From an uncultured bacterium (GTDB lineage: Bacteria > Zixibacteria > MSB-5A5 > CAIYYT01), in contig CAVSCK010000004.1 of NCBI GenBank assembly GCA_963726455.1, positions 1,024,001 to 1,088,000 of the forward strand: DNA of 64,000 nt, read 5' to 3'. The number at the start of each line of letters is the position of its first letter. The stretch's first letter is position 1. The position numbers and the translations under genes are program-made. Below the pieces are notes generated by a model that did not search any database, had not been told where the DNA came from, and worked only from the letters and a program-made list of their open reading frames with translations. Below, piece after piece: positions 8,874 to 18,757 of the stretch.

Positions 8874-10250
8874 CTACGAGATGTCTTTGAGTTGGTATTC
8901 GTTGATCAGTTTGTAAAGGTGGGTGCGGTCGATTTGCAGCACTTCGGCGGCCCTGACCACGCGCCCCTGGGCGAGATTCAGGGCTTTGATGATACACTCG
9001 CGGCGAAACTCCCTGGTCATGTCGTCCAGAGAGCGCAGGACGGCGCCTTTTTCGATCCAGAAATTGCCGAGCATGGCTTTGAGTTCATCGACACCGATTT
9101 CCGGTGAACTGGACAGAATCACTATTCGCTCGATGGTGTTCTCTAACTCACGGACGTTTCCGGGCCATTGATATTCGAGCAGGAGATTGACGGCCTCGGG
9201 CGCCAGACGACGGGCGTAGCCATTGCACTGCCGGGATTTGATCTCAGTAAAATGAGCCGCAAGCACGGGTATGTCCTGCTTGCGAGCACGCAACGGAGGA
9301 AGTTCAAGTTCGATTACTTTCAGGCGATAGAGCAGGTCTTCGCGGAACTTGCCATCCTTGACAAGTGAGCCCAGATCCTGATTGCTGGCGGCAACAATAC
9401 GAATATTGCAGCGGTGATTCTCGTTGTCGCCGACACGGCGATATTCGCGCTCCTGAATCAGGTGCAGCAGCTTGGCCTGTAGTGCGAGCGAGGCGTTGGT
9501 AATTTCGTCGAGAAACAGTGTGCCGCCTTCGGCCTCCTCGACAAGGCCGGCGCGATCAGCCAGAGCGCCTGTAAATGCTCCTTTGCGATGACCGAACAGT
9601 TCGCTTTCTGCGAGAGTGTCAGCCAAAGTTCCGGAGTCGATGCAGACGAATTTAGCCTCGCGACGGCGACTGTGGTAATGTATTTGCCGCGCGACGAGTT
9701 CCTTGCCGGTTCCGCTTTCGCCGGTGATCAGAACGACGCTGTCGCTGGGGCCGACACGTTGTATTTGTTCTCGCAGCGTACCGATCGCCGGACTGCTGCC
9801 GATGATTTCATATTTCCGGCGAATTTCGTTGAGGAATGAGCGATTCTCGCGTTTCAAGCGACCGCTTTCGATGGCGTTGCCGATCGTTACCATCGTCTTG
9901 TCGCGCTCGGCCAATTTGTCCAGATAGTCGAAAGCGCCTAGTTTCGTGGCTTCAATAGCGGTTGGAATTGAACCCTGGCCGGTCAGCATCACAACCGGAA
10001 GCAACGGATCAACAGCTTGAATGGCGCGCAGGACATCGACACCGTTCTTATCGCCATGCCCCCAGTCGAGATCGAGAGTCACGAGATCGTATTCGCGCTC
10101 GGCGACTGACTTCGCCACCTTGTCGATGTCGGTGATCACGTCGGCATCGTATCCCCTATTGACCAGCATCTGCCGAAAGCCATTGGCGAACGCCGGTTCA
10201 TTGTCGGCGACGAGAATCAAGCCCTTGCTTTTGGCGGCATTGTCAATCAT
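8874..10250 (-). CDS. Sigma-54-dependent NtrC/Fis-family response regulator
   Basis: REC domain; GESGTGKE, ESELFGHRKGAFTGA, WPGNVRELEN; C-terminal HTH. Confidence 0.95.
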   Translation of the reverse strand: MIDNAAKSKGLILVADNEPAFANGFRQMLVNRGYDADVITDIDKVAKSVAEREYDLVTLDLDWGHGDKNGVDVLRAIQAVDPLLPVVMLTGQGSIPTAIEATKLGAFDYLDKLAERDKTMVTIGNAIESGRLKRENRSFLNEIRRKYEIIGSSPAIGTLREQIQRVGPSDSVVLITGESGTGKELVARQIHYHSRRREAKFVCIDSGTLADTLAESELFGHRKGAFTGALADRAGLVEEAEGGTLFLDEITNASLALQAKLLHLIQEREYRRVGDNENHRCNIRIVAASNQDLGSLVKDGKFREDLLYRLKVIELELPPLRARKQDIPVLAAHFTEIKSRQCNGYARRLAPEAVNLLLEYQWPGNVRELENTIERIVILSSSPEIGVDELKAMLGNFWIEKGAVLRSLDDMTREFRRECIIKALNLAQGRVVRAAEVLQIDRTHLYKLINEYQLKDIS

Positions 10251-12793
10251 CGGTCGGAATCTCCATTGACCGGAAGCTTCACGGTGAAGCGAGTGCCCTC
10301 TTGGGGGCGACTCACGACATCGATTTGACCGCCGTGGTTTTCGACAATTTCCTTCACCAGTGCCAGTCCCACGCCGGTCCCCCCTGCCTTGCTGAAACCG
10401 GGCTGAAATATTCGTTCCAGATCAGACGCGTCGATGCCGATGCCGGTATCTTCAACCACGATTTCAATCATCCTCCTCGAACTTCCCAAGGGCAAAACAT
10501 CTGCCAAGCCCGTCCTTATTGTGAGTTTGCCCCCGGCTTTCATCGCGAACACTGCATTGGATAACAGGTTATCTATCAATTCGCGAATCTGGCCGGGATC
10601 AACGTCGATTGACGGCAGGTGATCTTGTTGCATTCTTGCGACAGTAAGATTCTCTTTGGGGTTTGCCAGATACGGCTCGACGGCACGATCCACCAAAGCG
10701 TTGACATCGCAAGACATCAACTCGGGTTTTCTGATGGAGGAGAATCGCAGGATCTTGCCGGCGGTTTCGGCAGTCTCCCGAATTTGATTCTTTACGGCGG
10801 GAAGATAGTCAGTCAGAACAAACTCGCGTGCGGTTGGATCAAGGCGTCGGTCCTCTTCGAGGTTTTCGAGATAAAGTCGCGCGGTCGCAAGATTGCCTTT
10901 GAGTTTGTGCAGCCAACGCTGTGCCGCCTCGCCCAATACGACCTTGCGCTGCCAGTCGGCGCGGCTCGTAATGTTCTCGATCAATACCACCTTGCCGAGG
11001 AACTTGTTGTTGCGGTCGATGCGAGGATAGGTGGCCACCAACAAATTCGCCGTGGCGCCGTCGACGTCAATCTCGACTTGATCCTGCAATGACTTCAGAG
11101 GTTGTTCGAAGGACTTGTCAATCTGACGCGACACCGGTGCAGCAGCCTTACTCAGAATCTCCCGATACGACCGCTGATGGCGGTTTTGCGGCGACAGCAA
11201 GTGTTTGACCAGCGCGTGATCATTGACATAGGTGACGTGCCCCTTGCGGTCGAGCACGAGCACCAGTGAGTCAACTTTATCGAGACCGGGCAATCCGGCG
11301 GCAGCGAGATACAAACGTCTGAACCACCGAAACGACCAGAATCCGAAAGACACAACAACAAGCGCAATAAGGATGGCCAGATGCCACTGGTATCTGGCAT
11401 ACCAATATTCCAGCAGTGGCCGCTTGGTGATCGAGAGCAGACTATAGGCGTTGCCATCGCGAACGGCGGTGAATCCTGCCAGACCGGAAGTGTCAATGTT
11501 AGCGGCATTTTCATTGGGGACGGCAACGGCGAGCAATTCGAAGTTCGAGTCAAGAACGGCATAACGATTGGTTCCGCTCAGGGCGACAATCTCGGGGTGT
11601 TTGTCGTGATTGAGGTCGGCCACGGTGAAGATTGCCACACCACCGACGCGGGAAATAGCCCGGAGGTCAGTGCCCAGCCGCAGCAAGTAAGGCTCGTTAT
11701 CATTGCTGACGTATACGAGGATGCTGCGGGTTCCGGACGTTGAATCGACGAACGCTTTCAGGTCAATACCAGTGCCGGGAAACTGCTCCGAACTGGTGAG
11801 GAGGTTTCCGGACTCGATATCGAAGCACTTGGCCGAAATGCTATGACTAGTTGGCTCATCCTGATGGTGGAAACCAACCACGGCTTCAGACACACCGTCA
11901 CCGTTGACATCCATGACAAGCAGGGGCGCGCCCCAGAAGGCCTCGCAGGCGGTGTGCCGCCATCTTTCTTTCCCGTTGATATCCACGCAAACGACATATC
12001 CATTCTTGCTGGTCATGTCATTGGAGGACGTGTAGGCGTTGCCGCTGGCATTGGTGGTAAATACGAAGACAGTTGCGCCGGAGGCCAATCGCACTGTCGA
12101 AAACGCAGGTCGGCCGACAGCATCCGCTACCGGAAAGAGCCAGATTTGTTTCTGGTTTTTCAGGTCATAGGCGATAACGGCGCGTTCGAAGGCGCTATCC
12201 GGTTTGACTGAGCGGCTATAGATCAGGTCTTTGTAGCCGTCGCCGTTGACATCTATCGTTGTCAAGGGGGTGATGGTCAGGTCATGGAAATAGCCGGCGG
12301 GATCTAGATTCTTGCCAATCGCAGCGACGACGAAAGTTGTATCCGTGGAACTGCTTAAGCTGTCATATGCGACGATCTCTAAGAACGCGGTATCGCCGTG
12401 TGTTCTGACCATGACGATGTCATCCGCCGGCGAACCGATGCAATCCAGATAATCGACAAACCATTGGTGCGCCCAGGCATCGGGGCCGTTGTATTGGAAA
12501 AGTGCGTGTCCAGTCAGTGGACTGTCATAAGCTATCACGGCACTCTTCCACATGCAGTTCGGAACCGGGTGGGAGAATGAGGCCAGATACTCGGGCCGGC
12601 CATCGCCGTTAATGTCGCTGGCGGTGAACTCAAGGTCGGGAGGTTGCATCGGGCGGACGAAGTCGAGGCGATACGGCAGCCGGTCGCCCGGAGTGGACAT
12701 GTCAAGGTGCTTCACGACCTCGGCGGACGCGACGGATGCACCGGTAATTACCAGAACAGCAACGACTCTGATGAAATTATAGCTTCGAAGAAT
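10247..12793 (-). CDS. Sensor histidine kinase with extracytoplasmic FG-GAP/beta-propeller domain
   Basis: DINGDG, DVNGDGYKD, DVNGDGVSE, DLNHDKHPE repeats; TM helix; H-box WLHKLKGNL; NLLSNA, DTGIGI, GGTGVGL boxes; frame stays open upstream of 12715 through a signal peptide to an ATT at 12793. Confidence 0.88.
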   Translation of the reverse strand: MLRSYNFIRVVAVLVITGASVASAEVVKHLDMSTPGDRLPYRLDFVRPMQPPDLEFTASDINGDGRPEYLASFSHPVPNCMWKSAVIAYDSPLTGHALFQYNGPDAWAHQWFVDYLDCIGSPADDIVMVRTHGDTAFLEIVAYDSLSSSTDTTFVVAAIGKNLDPAGYFHDLTITPLTTIDVNGDGYKDLIYSRSVKPDSAFERAVIAYDLKNQKQIWLFPVADAVGRPAFSTVRLASGATVFVFTTNASGNAYTSSNDMTSKNGYVVCVDINGKERWRHTACEAFWGAPLLVMDVNGDGVSEAVVGFHHQDEPTSHSISAKCFDIESGNLLTSSEQFPGTGIDLKAFVDSTSGTRSILVYVSNDNEPYLLRLGTDLRAISRVGGVAIFTVADLNHDKHPEIVALSGTNRYAVLDSNFELLAVAVPNENAANIDTSGLAGFTAVRDGNAYSLLSITKRPLLEYWYARYQWHLAILIALVVVSFGFWSFRWFRRLYLAAAGLPGLDKVDSLVLVLDRKGHVTYVNDHALVKHLLSPQNRHQRSYREILSKAAAPVSRQIDKSFEQPLKSLQDQVEIDVDGATANLLVATYPRIDRNNKFLGKVVLIENITSRADWQRKVVLGEAAQRWLHKLKGNLATARLYLENLEEDRRLDPTAREFVLTDYLPAVKNQIRETAETAGKILRFSSIRKPELMSCDVNALVDRAVEPYLANPKENLTVARMQQDHLPSIDVDPGQIRELIDNLLSNAVFAMKAGGKLTIRTGLADVLPLGSSRRMIEIVVEDTGIGIDASDLERIFQPGFSKAGGTGVGLALVKEIVENHGGQIDVVSRPQEGTRFTVKLPVNGDSDR

Positions 12794-12913
12794 AGTCTGC
12801 TCCCTCTCGACGAAAGGCCAGACTCAATATACTAAAATCGGCAGCGTTGTCAAGGATGGGACATGCTGGTGGAGACAGTTCCTGGCGAGGAAACAGCGCC
12901 CCTCGTTACAAAT

Positions 12914-12943
12914 GGCCGGAAATCCTGTAATAGATTTCCGGCC
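12914..12943. terminator. Hairpin/terminator downstream of the dockerin gene
   Basis: ggccggaaatc-N8-gatttccggcc. Confidence 0.5.
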
Positions 12944-12986
12944 TGGGTATTAGAGCATCGGACAGCTTGCTAGCGGAAGTTGTCCG

Positions 12987-15531
12987 CTACTTGCACGCCC
13001 CACAGGGAGCGGGGCCGCCTGCGAAGATATATTGAATCAGATAGACCACGTCTGAGATATCAACAGACCCATCGCAGTTGGCGTCGCCGGCTGCAATCGG
13101 ATTCGGAGCGGGTCCACCGCTGAAGATGTACTGAATTAAGAAGACAGCGTCAGAGATGTCGATGGCGCCGTCACCGTTGGCGTCGCCGCAAATGTAGGAA
13201 GGCACGACCTCGACATCGAGAATCGTGAACGATATCGGGTCCACCTTGGCGCCGTTGTCCCCGCACATCCTGGTGTGAGTAACACCGAAGAGTCTGGTGC
13301 CCGGTACTTCCGTACTGATACTCAGGTAGTCAATCTGAAGATTCGAAACACCTTGGGCCGCCCAAGTCCACCGGACGCCGTTGGGTGAGGCCGTGAAGTC
13401 ATAGTCGGCTGACGCGACCACACTTGCGGGTTTGCCAGTAGTTGAACCCTTGAAGCCGGTCGGGTAGACGCCCTTGGGGGTCTCCACGATATAGCCGAGG
13501 CCAGTGGTGCCGGCGACGATGCGCGAGTATACTTGCGAGCCGTTGTTAAAGGCCTTGATGGTAGAGGTGCCCGCAGCCGAGGCAACCGCCAGGTTCCAGT
13601 TGTTGGCAGCGGCTTTGGTCATGGAAATACGCATACTGAGCGAGTCCGGGTGAGTAGGCGTGGCGAAGAAGAACTCCGTGCCGAGTGACGCGCTCACCGG
13701 CAGAGCGCCGATTGGGTCGGGGTTTGCGATCGTAATGGACCATATACCGTCATCTTTGTCTGCTTGTGCCGCTACGCCGTCGGAGCCACTGGGACCGATG
13801 TTGCCAACGACCAATGTCGTCTCGACCGGCGTAACGGTGGCGTTGCCGAGTGGGGTTACCATAGCATCACCGTAGCCGAAGGAGCAGGTCTCGGAAGCGA
13901 TCGTCAGGGAGTCCATTTGTTGCGCGTAGATTCCGACACTGCTCAGACCTGTGCAACTGACGTCGATGTTCGTGCTGATACTCAGGTAGTCAATTTGAAG
14001 ATTCGAAACGCTGTGCCCCGCCCACGTCCAGCGGACGCCGTTGGGTGAAGCGGTGAAGTCGTAATCTGATGATGCGACTACACTCGCGGGCTTGCCGCTT
14101 GTACTACCCTTGAAGCCGACCGGGTAGATGCCTTTGGCGGTCTCGACGACATACCCGAGACCGGTGGCGCCGCCGGCAGAGGTCGCATAGACCTGAGTGC
14201 CGTTATTGAAGGCTTTCACACTGCAAGCGGCCGCACTCGACTGAACCGCCAGATTCCAGGTGTTGGCAGCGGCTTTGGTTTGGGATATGGACATGGTGAA
14301 AATTCGGCCTGTGATCGGAATGGGGAAGCTGAATTCAGTTTCCAGTGCCGCACCCGCCGGCAATATATCGCCCTGATCAGGATTCCGTAACTCTCCGCGC
14401 CAGACGATAGTAGACGGCGGGCTGGAGATAGCATCGGGGATGTCTACAGTAACCCCGTCGGGAGTCATGTCGGCGGTGAAGCGGGTGACAGTCAACTGGC
14501 CCCCGCTCACGCCAAGGCAGGTCGTCCCGGCAGAGACATGTTCCAAGCCAAAGATGTTCACAGTATCCGGCCGCGGTGAAGGAATTGGGTTACACGGGCC
14601 GGGCACTGGATAGCCGCCGTACGGGACGAAGGCGCTAAGGCCGTACGTGAAGTAGTTTTGATAGACTTTGATATCCATCGTGTCAATAATGCCGTCACCA
14701 TTCAGGTTGCAGTTATAAATGACGGCAGGGACCGGGCCGCAACCATTGATAAAGGCTGCAAGGTAGGACAAATCAGCGACCGTCAGGCCAATGCCATTGT
14801 TGTCGGCATCGGCGTTGGCGTAACAGATCGGGCTGCATAGATTGGCCTTTATGAGAAAGTTGTAATCGGGTCCGGCGTCATCGGCAAAGCGGTACCAGAG
14901 ACCTCCAGCGTAATAGCAGGAGCGACCGTAGTCGGTGGTGCCGCTGTCACTAAGGATTGACTCCCAGTCAATTGTCCCGCTGGTAGAGATTCCGATATGA
15001 AAATCAGCGGAGAAGACCAGTTGATCTGCTGCAAACGAGACCACGGTAGGAGTGGGGTACTTATTGTATGAACCGGGGGGCAATTTCCGCGAGGAAAGAA
15101 GTGACCCCGGAAGTCCGAAATTATCCGAATAGATGGAGATCTTCACCGTGTCATTACCCCATGCACCGTCCCCGTGATCATAGAAATAAACTGTGGCGGT
15201 CTTTCAGTGTGTCCTGCGAGATCGGGGAAAAGCGCATAGAGAGTGACGTCATTGCGCCGGTCGGTATCGGGAAATAGAACGCCGGATTACCTGCGTAACT
15301 CAGAGTCGAGCAGGGAAATGATGCGGCGCCCAGAGCCGAACTGAGCGGCGATCCTTTGCCCACCTGTTCGAACATGCCCCCTGGCTGGGGTGCGGATGGC
15401 GCGCTACCTCCGAAGATGCCGGAAGAGAGCATTAGACTGACCACCAGCACAATCGGGATGAAAACCGAATTCCTTTTTGTTGTTCCCTGGATTACTGAGA
15501 CCTGTGGGCCCGCGCCTTCTCGCCTTTTCAT
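12987..15531 (-). CDS. Large secreted protein with internal and C-terminal dockerins and a duplicated domain (frameshift near 15150-15190)
   Basis: ORF 15178-15531 (hydrophobic leader) + ORF 12987-15146; ADADNNGIGLTVADLSYL and [23 protein letters not shown] motifs. Confidence 0.75.
13315..14280 (-). repeat. Intragenic direct repeat (~300 bp copies, 660 bp apart)
   Basis: 13315-13620 vs 13975-14280; TKAAAN.WNLAV...FKGST.GKPASVVAS.DYDFTASPNGVRWTWA...SNLQIDYLSIST occurs twice. Confidence 0.85.
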
Positions 15532-15929
15532 GTGTGACCTCCGAAAATTAGTTAATACGGTTGTTCGAGATTTCGTTTTCAAGGGATTATGAAAAGCTAA
15601 TTGACCTCGCTTGATGTCTGAGCGGTCCCCAATCATTCTCCGAACATTCGGAGCGTTCCCGTCGTCCCTTACTGAAAGCACATTTCAGTCCGACGTCGAC
15701 GCATTGCTGCCGTTACCGGTCGTCGGGATACGACTACCGGGCAGACCCCTGTGATGCTGTGAAAAGCGAAGTTGTGGTGATCTCAGGTCTGCGACTTCCA
15801 AGAAGCCGGACTCGTAATCAAAATCACCCAAGCTCTGATTTTCTGATTTACGCAATTAACCTAAGTAATGAACGTCTGTTTGTCAACCTATTTTGCCATG
15901 TTCTGGAAGATTATCTGCTAGAATTGAAG

Positions 15930-15947
15930 AAAGCCGGTGAAGGGACT
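15930..15947 (+). repeat. att site (displaced 3' end of tRNA-Thr)
   Basis: Identical to 30244-30261. Confidence 0.92.
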
Positions 15948-16026
15948 GCACACATTAATGCACTTTCAATTCCCCTGTCGATCAAAATAGTTTCGAAAAG
16001 GCGAATAGCGTAGTATCGTCGCGCTG

Positions 16027-16572
16027 ATGATAGTGCGAACACGACAGCGACCGCAAAATGAGCCTGAGCGGCCGTGGATACTGGCTACTCACAAAGGCGA
16101 TTACGGAAAGTTGCTTCTCGCAGCGCGGCCATTCCAGAAGTCACTTTGTATAGTCCGGCCCGCCATCAAGAGGACGTCACCAAGAATTTCCTATGAGCCG
16201 CTCTATTTCGATTATGTCTTCCTGAGAGCATTGTCGGGCAGCCTGTTTGTCACGATCAAACACCTTCCGGTAAAGGTAGTCTGCTTGGGCGACAAGACTC
16301 TGTCGATCACACAGGCGGAAATGGATAAGATCACTGAGATTACTCGGACTCTCGCCTATCAAGCCGCTCACCCACCGGGGGCGCAAGAATTTGTACAGGA
16401 ACACAAGGGCAAGCAGGTCACCATCACCGGCGGCTCGGCGTGCGGAATGTCCGGTATCGTCGATTCTGAGGCCAGCACGCGGGACGTGTTTGTCAGGATC
16501 GCGGGCCTGCGAATACGGGTGCCGATGGACAGGTTGGATGTTGAGACTGTTGGCGTAACGTCTTCCCCTTGA
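16027..16572 (+). CDS. NusG/RfaH/UpxY-like transcription elongation factor paralogue
   Basis: EPLYFDYVFL (cf. xPLFPGYVF of the NGN domain) and KOW-like GKQVTITGGSACGMSGIV. Confidence 0.65.
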   Translation: MIVRTRQRPQNEPERPWILATHKGDYGKLLLAARPFQKSLCIVRPAIKRTSPRISYEPLYFDYVFLRALSGSLFVTIKHLPVKVVCLGDKTLSITQAEMDKITEITRTLAYQAAHPPGAQEFVQEHKGKQVTITGGSACGMSGIVDSEASTRDVFVRIAGLRIRVPMDRLDVETVGVTSSP

Positions 16573-17016
16573 GCCTTCTGCCGCTTCTCTACGATTATGC
16601 CCTTATTGATGTACCCGTTGTTTCTGAACGATTCTTCGCCTTTTTAGGTGTCAACTTTGTCAAATTTGCGATACGCTTGTCTCTGTTACTTCTCTGCTTA
16701 TCAGTGCTCATGTCGAATTATCCGGGGCGTCCGGCAGTTGTCCGATGGAATCGGACGACTTACACAAATTCCCCGCGAATCATTGTTAATTCGTTGTTCT
16801 CAATGCCTTCCTGAAGGCGGCATTTTCCCCACCAAAACAACAGCATAGCATTGACATTTATCTCTCCTAGCCTGATATTGAGGTCACGTTCACGAAGTAG
16901 AGCACAAATCTAATTGCAGTCTGGAAGCTGATCACGTCCAGGCGCAACTCCTCTGAGTGCGCAGAGTGTCCTGCTGGAACCTCAGCCGCAAAGACCGAAG
17001 GGAGACAATAAAAATC

Positions 17017-17562
17017 ATGTTGGGAAAGATACTGATTGCGGCGGTATTGACGTTTTGGCTGCCAGCCGTCGGCGGGAATCTCACAGTCACGGTGGATACT
17101 GGCATGGCCTTGAACGGCGGCTTATCCAGCCTAAACTTTCATAGCCGACTCAGCGTGTTGAAGATCGTAATTAATGATGATGCTTGCCCTGCCCAATTGA
17201 CAGAAGCGGGCCTGTGGCCGAACAACAATAAGGTTGACTTTCTGTTCTCGACCACCGGCAAACTAACTTCACTGGATAGCATCGATGCTGTTGACATCAC
17301 ATTCCTCGCCTATGATTATTTTGACCGTGCTATACTGAGATTCGCGACGCCAGAAGCATTCTCCCTGTCGCCCGGTAAGGAGATGGATATTGGCAAGCTA
17401 ATGGGGCAAGTCGTCAACGAACGTCAAAGAAGACTATTATTCAAGTCTGTCACCTTTGTTTCTGCAATCAGAAGAAAGGACGGAAGCCTTTGGTTCGCAG
17501 ACGAATCAGCAATCATTGCGCTCGTCAAATCGCTGAATCTCGAATTTCCAACGCAAAACTAA
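17017..17562 (+). CDS. Hypothetical secreted protein
   Basis: RBS gaagggag; signal-peptide-like MLGKILIAAVLTFWLPAVGG. Confidence 0.6.
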   Translation: MLGKILIAAVLTFWLPAVGGNLTVTVDTGMALNGGLSSLNFHSRLSVLKIVINDDACPAQLTEAGLWPNNNKVDFLFSTTGKLTSLDSIDAVDITFLAYDYFDRAILRFATPEAFSLSPGKEMDIGKLMGQVVNERQRRLLFKSVTFVSAIRRKDGSLWFADESAIIALVKSLNLEFPTQN

Positions 17563-17578
17563 AATTGGAGAATCAATC

Positions 17579-17959
17579 ATGTTCAAGAGATTTTCGCTGA
17601 TCAGTCTTGTCGCAATTCTGTCATTGTTGTTCGCCTGCACCGGCAAACAAGGGCCGACGGGGCCGCAAGGTGATAAGGGCGATCCGGGCGATCCGGGGAC
17701 GGGAACTCGAATTGTCTATCAAAGTACCGCACCCGCAAACAGCCAGCAGTTTGTCGTGATGATCCCAGAGATTGACACCCACGATATGCCGTCAGTCACC
17801 GCGTATACCGCCACGACAACTTATCCGAACTCTTGGTTTCCAATTCCGTTGTATGTTTCTGGCGGGCCGGACTTGGGCGCATGTTTCATCGTTGAAACCG
17901 GAAAGGTTACGCTCGTGAATTGCAGCGGCCTTCTCTACAAGATTGTCATTGTGATCTGA
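17579..17959 (+). CDS. Small lipoprotein with collagen-like Gly-X-Y repeat
   Basis: Lipobox LFAC followed by GKQGPTGPQGDKGDPGDPG. Confidence 0.75.
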   Translation: MFKRFSLISLVAILSLLFACTGKQGPTGPQGDKGDPGDPGTGTRIVYQSTAPANSQQFVVMIPEIDTHDMPSVTAYTATTTYPNSWFPIPLYVSGGPDLGACFIVETGKVTLVNCSGLLYKIVIVI

Positions 17960-18108
17960 TGCGCGTTTGCCGGTGATCCTGGAGGTCAATACTGACTTGA
18001 CGATGGAAATGAGTTGCCCCTTGCCCGGCGGAAGACTCTGAAAATAAATAAAGAAAACTAAAGGTTTTTAGTTGCGTCGCCGATGACATTTGCGTATATT
18101 GGGTGAGA

Positions 18109-18291
18109 ATGAAAACAGGCACAACCGCGAAATCAGATCGGCAGCTTATCAACTTCGAGATTGAACCAGAGCTGAAGGCACGTCTTGAAACTCAGGCCAA
18201 GAGGGAGCATCGCACTCTCAGCGGTCTAGTAAAGCATATCATTCTGTCGTACTTGGAGTCTCGGGAAAGCGAGAAGAAACGTAGCAGATAA
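18109..18291 (+). CDS. Ribbon-helix-helix (Arc/CopG-like) DNA-binding protein
   Basis: INFEIEPELKARLETQAKREHRTLSGLVKHII pattern. Confidence 0.75.
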   Translation: MKTGTTAKSDRQLINFEIEPELKARLETQAKREHRTLSGLVKHIILSYLESRESEKKRSR

Positions 18292-18379
18292 GTAAACGGC
18301 GATGCAGACCAGGCACGGTCTACACCGCCTTTGAGAGGCTCAAATGAGCCAGTACACAGTATAACTTGAGAGGTATCAA

Positions 18380-18757
18380 ATGACAACCCGCAAATCTACA
18401 ATCCCCGCCAACGGTCACAAAGACTCGAACCCGTTCCTTACCGATGAAGAGCAGAGACAAGCTATCAGTGGCCTCCAACTCGCTTCATTTGGTCTCGAAG
18501 AGGCAGCGAAATTTGAGAAGCTGGTGGAAGACAGGAGGCGCAATCCCAACTGGCAAAAGGAATTCAAACCCGCTCCCACCCAGCCGTCAAATAGAGAGCT
18601 CCGCAAGTTTCTCAGAGGGAATGAGAGACGTCGTTTCGACGGGGCTATCTCGAAGATGGATTCAGCGATAAGACTGATGAGGGGCAGCAGCGGTCTCCTG
18701 TCGCAATACAGGGAACTCGCCACTAAGAGAATGAATCAGGCCGGAGGCGCGCTGTGA
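18380..18757 (+). CDS. Hypothetical protein
   Basis: RBS gagagg; stop overlaps the recombinase start (GTGA). Confidence 0.55.
   Translation: MTTRKSTIPANGHKDSNPFLTDEEQRQAISGLQLASFGLEEAAKFEKLVEDRRRNPNWQKEFKPAPTQPSNRELRKFLRGNERRRFDGAISKMDSAIRLMRGSSGLLSQYRELATKRMNQAGGAL

Noticed and set aside
15759-16013. 84-aa ORF as an independent gene
   Set aside because: It spans the att junction; only its 3' part is meaningful, as the alternative integrase tail after excision.
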